From NCBI GenBank assembly GCA_028286685.1, contig JAQBRA010000006.1, forward strand, positions 1,993 to 65,992: 64,000 nucleotides of DNA, in the 5' to 3' direction. Positions within the stretch are counted from its first letter, which is position 1, and each line of letters begins with the position of its first letter. Source of the stretch: Candidatus Adlerbacteria bacterium. GTDB taxonomy: Bacteria; Patescibacteriota; Minisyncoccia; Phycocordibacterales; SBAW01. Both the position numbers and the translations under genes were made by a program. This document shows positions 58,053-64,000 of the stretch, in pieces. The notes below the pieces were generated by a model. It was given only the letters and a program-made list of their open reading frames with translations. It ran no database searches and was not told the DNA's origin.

Positions 58053-59018
58053 GTGCCCGCCATGGCAACCCACACAACGTTCCGCGAGAATTTCCTGCGC
58101 ATAATCGCAGTTATCGGCCTTATTGCGATCCTCCTTTTGGGCGCATGGGGCATTATCCAGCTCGCTTTTTATCTCCCGACCTTTTTTAGCAATTTTGGAA
58201 AAACCAAGGAGGCTATAACGGTTACCGTTCCTGCGCAGTCGACATCCGACAAGGCGTTTGCCCTCGGTTGGAAGCACGCTGGCAAGGACGATGCCGAGTA
58301 TTCGTACTCCGCTTCCTACTCGTGCGCCCAGGGCCTCCAGTTCGCTGCCCCGGTCCCGACCGGCGAGTATCAGCTGATACCCTGCAACACCCAGTTCAAT
58401 TATATAAACGCTACCTCGACCATGCCGGTTATCCCGGTCCTCGCCGCAGGCACCCAGAAGGCAACCACCACCCTTACCCTTACAGCTACCCGCCTTTCTG
58501 ACGGAGTAGTTTCTGTTAAGGGCACTGCCAACACGACCGTAAGCGCCAGCACTACCAGCACGACCGTTACCCCTACCACCAAGCCGGTTACCCCTAAACC
58601 TGCCGCTACCAAGCCATCCTCGAGCGCAGGAACTATCTACGTACCCTCCGGCCGCACTACCAACCTCTTCGGTTATCCGGACCTGGCCGTGCAGATTACC
58701 TCCGCGCCTCAGGCAGCAAATGTCGGCGGCCGCGTAACACTTAAGTTCTCGGTTACCAACGTAGGCACCAATGCCACCCCTGCCGGCTGGAGCTTTATCG
58801 CTCAGTTGCCGTACAACCCGGTGTACACCTACCCGTCCGGCCCGCAGCAGATGCTCTACCCGGGCGACATGATTATCTATACGCTCGGCTACGATGTTGT
58901 GCCCGCAGGCGGCCGCTACGGCACGGCACAGGCCTCCATACAGGTAGACCCGAACAACCAGATCCAAGAGACTATCGAGTACAACAACGCCGCAAACGTC
59001 ACCTACCAGGTCTACTAA
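58053..59018 (+). CDS. membrane-anchored surface protein with CARDB-like domain
   Basis: N-terminal TM helix, Thr-rich linkers, and a C-terminal domain DLAVQITSAPQAANVGGRVTLKFSVTNVGTNATPAGWSF resembling CARDB (cell-adhesion-related domain in bacteria). Confidence 0.5.
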   Translation: MPAMATHTTFRENFLRIIAVIGLIAILLLGAWGIIQLAFYLPTFFSNFGKTKEAITVTVPAQSTSDKAFALGWKHAGKDDAEYSYSASYSCAQGLQFAAPVPTGEYQLIPCNTQFNYINATSTMPVIPVLAAGTQKATTTLTLTATRLSDGVVSVKGTANTTVSASTTSTTVTPTTKPVTPKPAATKPSSSAGTIYVPSGRTTNLFGYPDLAVQITSAPQAANVGGRVTLKFSVTNVGTNATPAGWSFIAQLPYNPVYTYPSGPQQMLYPGDMIIYTLGYDVVPAGGRYGTAQASIQVDPNNQIQETIEYNNAANVTYQVY

Positions 59019-59029
59019 AGCTCCGCAAA

Positions 59030-59066
59030 ATAAAAAACTCCCCAACCGGGGAGTTTTTTATTTTGT
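59030..59066. terminator. bidirectional rho-independent terminator
   Basis: aaaaaactcccc-aacc-ggggagtttttt followed by attttg. Confidence 0.7.
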
Positions 59067-59075
59067 CTCCATTAG

Positions 59076-61178
<2,103 letters not shown>

Positions 61179-61306
61179 TTATTATAGCAAAATAGAAGGC
61201 AATAGGAAAGCCCGAAAGTGGGTAAATATCCTTGCAAAACAACAACTTAGGCATATGCTTAGGGTAGAACTTCAGTCAATCTTCATCGACAATCGGAGGG
61301 TACGTG

Positions 61307-61771
61307 ATGAAGGCCTTGAAAGTGCTACTACTCGCAGCCAGCTTCTCTCTTCTAAGCCTGGCAACTAGCCAGGCCCAAGTGATCCGGATTGCCGACGATA
61401 ACGGAGGCTTGATCGGTCCGTACGCCGAAAAGTACCGCGCGCTTGCCCATACCGGACAGCAAGTCATTATCGACGGCCCCTGCTTGTCAGCCTGCACGCT
61501 GGTTACCGGCCTCATCCCCAGGGACCGCATCTGCGTTACCCGGCGGGCCAAACTCGGCTTCCATGCGGCATGGCGCCCCGACCAAGATGGCCACGCCGTC
61601 CACAGCAAGGCGGGAACGCAAATACTGATGGATACCTACCCGCAGAACATCCGCAGATGGATTACCCGCCGTGGCGGCCTGACGCCCAAGATGATGTATC
61701 TGGAAGGCAGGCAGCTTGCACAGATGTATCACGCCTGCCCGACGCTTGAGCAAAGGACCGCCTCGCGTTAA
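61307..61771 (+). CDS. small secreted hypothetical protein
   Basis: SD GGAGGG 6 nt before ATG 61307; signal peptide MKALKVLLLAASFSLLSLATSQA; followed by a strong terminator. Confidence 0.45.
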   Translation: MKALKVLLLAASFSLLSLATSQAQVIRIADDNGGLIGPYAEKYRALAHTGQQVIIDGPCLSACTLVTGLIPRDRICVTRRAKLGFHAAWRPDQDGHAVHSKAGTQILMDTYPQNIRRWITRRGGLTPKMMYLEGRQLAQMYHACPTLEQRTASR

Positions 61772-61782
61772 GCAGGTCCTTG

Positions 61783-61818
61783 CCGCTATCGCCCACCCGG
61801 CGATAGCGGTTTTTTTGC
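61783..61818 (+). terminator. rho-independent terminator
   Basis: ccgctatcgcc-caccc-ggcgatagcgg followed by ttttttt. Confidence 0.7.
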
Positions 61819-61926
61819 AATTAAATTTGAAGCACAAAAAAAAGGGGGGTTGCCCGAAACTTGCGAATTTGCATGAATATGGTCTAATGAAATCAGAAGT
61901 AGCTGCGTGCAAACAGGAGCAACCTC

Positions 61927-62256
61927 ATGAGCGATCTCTTGCGAGATTGTGCGGGAGCGTGTCTTGCGGATACGCTGAAACAAGCTGGATTGCCGCTATG
62001 GGACTCGTCTGCCCTTGCGCTATGGAAAGTTCCGACCACGAGGCGCGGATGCCGCGTGCATCCCTATCTGGCTCCATCGTTCATGCGTTCGGCGGTACTT
62101 GCGATAAGCGACCGGGTGCCTGGCGCGGAATTCGAGGAAGTCGGATTCGCGCACGGTACCAGCCTGTTCGTCCAAGTGGACGGAGTCCGGCAGCTCGCCG
62201 CTCTCTGGAGCGAGGATGGAAATCCCATAAGTCCTTTGATGCTACAACTACAATAA
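61927..62256 (+). CDS. hypothetical cytoplasmic protein
   Basis: SD CAGGAG 8 nt upstream of the ATG; 109 aa with no motif recognised. Confidence 0.3.
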   Translation: MSDLLRDCAGACLADTLKQAGLPLWDSSALALWKVPTTRRGCRVHPYLAPSFMRSAVLAISDRVPGAEFEEVGFAHGTSLFVQVDGVRQLAALWSEDGNPISPLMLQLQ

Positions 62257-62265
62257 GAATCCCGG

Positions 62266-62314
62266 GCCAACATCAAGCACTTGCTCGATGAAGGCCCGGG
62301 GTTTTTCTTTTCCC
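62266..62314 (+). terminator. hairpin terminator
   Basis: cccgggcc ... ggcccggg stem with a long loop, followed by gtttttctttt. Confidence 0.4.
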
Positions 62315-62372
62315 CAAGGTGTGCTGTAATGGGCGCAGACAGCCCGTGGGGGCTATTCGGGAGAGAGGTTCC

Positions 62373-62903
62373 ATGTTCAAGAAGCTCGTTCTTGTTACTG
62401 CCCTGCTGCTCGGCTTCGCCATGCCGGCCCTGGCCCAAAACCACACCAACGCCGTGACCGAAGCCCGGCTGCAGTCGGGCCTCCAGGATGCGCTGGGTAA
62501 CCCGGGTGAGCCGATATGCACTGCCGCGGCGTACCAAGAGGCGCAAGACAAGCACAAGATTCGCCTCGTAGGCAACTGCGTGGCAGTCTATCTCGCCGGA
62601 AGCGAAGCGGCGCGGCAAGCGCTCACGCAAAGCAACGCACCCTGTGACGATTCCTGCCTCATGCTGCGGGCCCGTGAGTTCAAGCGGTTTGGTTTCGGCG
62701 AAGTCTTGATCCATATGGCCACAGAACAGGTCGGTCCGCGCAAAGAAGTGCACCAGCGGACACTGCTGAGCGTCAAAGGGCCGGATGGCAAGATGATGTG
62801 GTTCGATCGCTACAGTGCAGAAATTAGCGATACCGCGATCAAGAAATTTACGCTGAAGTCGACCATTACGACGAATGGCGGTGTGGCCCATCACGCGCTC
62901 TGA
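62373..62903 (+). CDS. secreted hypothetical protein with six Cys
   Basis: Signal peptide from the internal ATG (MFKKLVLVTALLLGFAMPALA); Cys in the PICTAAAY, GNCVAV and NAPCDDSC contexts. Confidence 0.45.
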   Translation: MFKKLVLVTALLLGFAMPALAQNHTNAVTEARLQSGLQDALGNPGEPICTAAAYQEAQDKHKIRLVGNCVAVYLAGSEAARQALTQSNAPCDDSCLMLRAREFKRFGFGEVLIHMATEQVGPRKEVHQRTLLSVKGPDGKMMWFDRYSAEISDTAIKKFTLKSTITTNGGVAHHAL

Positions 62904-62915
62904 ATCGCAGGGCCA

Positions 62916-62958
62916 AAAATAAAATCCGCCGGTGGGCAACCGGCGGATTTTTCTTTTA
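62916..62958. terminator. bidirectional rho-independent terminator
   Basis: aaatccgccggt-gggcaa-ccggcggattt followed by ttcttttacc; it overlaps the pheT stop on the other strand. Confidence 0.65.
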
Positions 62959-64000
62959 CCTGATTTCGAATCCTTGCGCCTTGAGCGTATCTGAAACTTT
63001 CCCCATCGCCTCGTTTGCCTCGGCTTCAGTCAGCGTCTTTTCAAACGATTGGAAAATAAGGCGGAACGCCAGGGATGTCCTCCCTTCTTTTGAAAACGTA
63101 TCAAACAGGCGCACGGCCGCGCACAAAGGGCCGGCCTCTGCTTTTATATTCTCCAAAACCGCCTCAGCGCTGGTGTCGGCAGGCACCCACAGGGCGATAT
63201 CGCGCACGATGTAGGGGTATTTTGAAAAGCTTTGGTAGCGCTCCGTTGTCGACAGCGGCAGCTCGTCGTACGCCTCCGGGCTTTCAGGCCCGACCAAAAG
63301 CATCTCGGTCGCCTTTTCTTTCTCGCTTACGGTGCCGAGCATTACCACCTCCTTCCCGCCCTTCCAGACCGTGCCGATCTCGAACAGCCTGACTTCCTTG
63401 AGCCCGAGCAGATCCTTGTTGGGCTTATTCCTGGCGAGCGCATCGGCAAGACCCGGCACCAAGGAGTCGCGCAAGTACGGGCGCACGCCGTCTACCTTAT
63501 TTAAGACGACGCGCTCGCCCTTGTCGGCAAACACGCTCGTAAATACTTCCGAGTAGCCTTTGCTGGTCAAATCCTCGCGTACCTTCTCAGCTGCGTAAAA
63601 GTTCTTGTTTACTTCCGGAGCGCGCTCTGCTTGGGGCAAGGGAGTGGCCGGCACTTTGTCGTAGCCCACGATGCGCGCGACCTCCTCGACCAAATCCTCG
63701 GCGATCACCAGGTCCAGCCGCTCTGCCGGGACATGCACCTCAAAGACACCGTCCTGCTCTTTGTAGGCAAAGCCCAAGCGCACGAATGCGTCGGCAATAT
63801 CGGCGCCGGTCAGCTGCGTGCCCAAAAGCCGATTGATCTTCTCGACCGTTACGGCTGCGTAGGCTTGGGGCTGCGGCTCAGGGTAAACATCGACAAAGCC
63901 GTCACACTCCCCGCCCGCGATTTCCAAAATAAGCTTGGCACAAGCGCGCATGCCGTGGGCGCACAGCTCCGGCGAGAGGACCTGCTCGAAGCGTGACGAG
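62956..64000 (-). CDS. pheT: phenylalanyl-tRNA synthetase beta subunit, C-terminal part (gene continues beyond window)
   Basis: C-terminal FDX-ACB-type anticodon-binding domain (IVRDIALWVPADTSAEAVLENIKAE...LFDTF) and B5/B6-like region. The reading frame remains open from 63951 to the window edge at 64000. Confidence 0.8.
   Translation of the reverse strand, partial: SSRFEQVLSPELCAHGMRACAKLILEIAGGECDGFVDVYPEPQPQAYAAVTVEKINRLLGTQLTGADIADAFVRLGFAYKEQDGVFEVHVPAERLDLVIAEDLVEEVARIVGYDKVPATPLPQAERAPEVNKNFYAAEKVREDLTSKGYSEVFTSVFADKGERVVLNKVDGVRPYLRDSLVPGLADALARNKPNKDLLGLKEVRLFEIGTVWKGGKEVVMLGTVSEKEKATEMLLVGPESPEAYDELPLSTTERYQSFSKYPYIVRDIALWVPADTSAEAVLENIKAEAGPLCAAVRLFDTFSKEGRTSLAFRLIFQSFEKTLTEAEANEAMGKVSDTLKAQGFEIR

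Overview
This 64 kb window is high-GC (about 60%) and densely packed with bacterial core genes, interspersed with secreted and envelope proteins.

- **Core genes recognised from motifs:** fused rpoB-rpoC (one 2283-aa ORF), rpoD, dnaG, dnaE, gyrB, an SMC-like ATPase, nrdA and nrdB, rnc, rnhB, rnr, truB, trmD, hisS, thrS, pheT (3' part, runs off the window), rpsP, rpmF and a NusB-Nudix fusion.
- **Envelope and surface genes:** two two-component systems, two sortases (one beside an 82-aa VPSTG sorting-signal peptide), a secreted G1/eqolisin-type glutamic peptidase, PAP2 and SMS-like lipid phosphotransferases, a GT4 glycosyltransferase, DedA, a DsbA-like oxidoreductase, two nucleases and several signal-peptide proteins. 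One is a Tyr/Asn-rich repeat protein.
- **RNA and regulatory features:** a T-box leader with an intrinsic terminator upstream of thrS, a near-consensus sigma-70 promoter driving a small ORF, and many rho-independent hairpin terminators, often bidirectional between convergent genes.
- **Not found:** no rRNA, CRISPR array, transposase or confident tRNA.
- **Reductive traits:** ThrRS lacks its editing domain, DnaE and SMC are short, rimM is absent from the rpsP-trmD operon, and rpoB-rpoC are fused. Together with monoderm-type sortases, this suggests a reduced-genome bacterium of uncertain lineage.

Long ORFs antisense to these genes are treated as high-GC shadow ORFs. The ORF track marks GTG/TTG starts as M; several gene starts were moved to internal ATGs.
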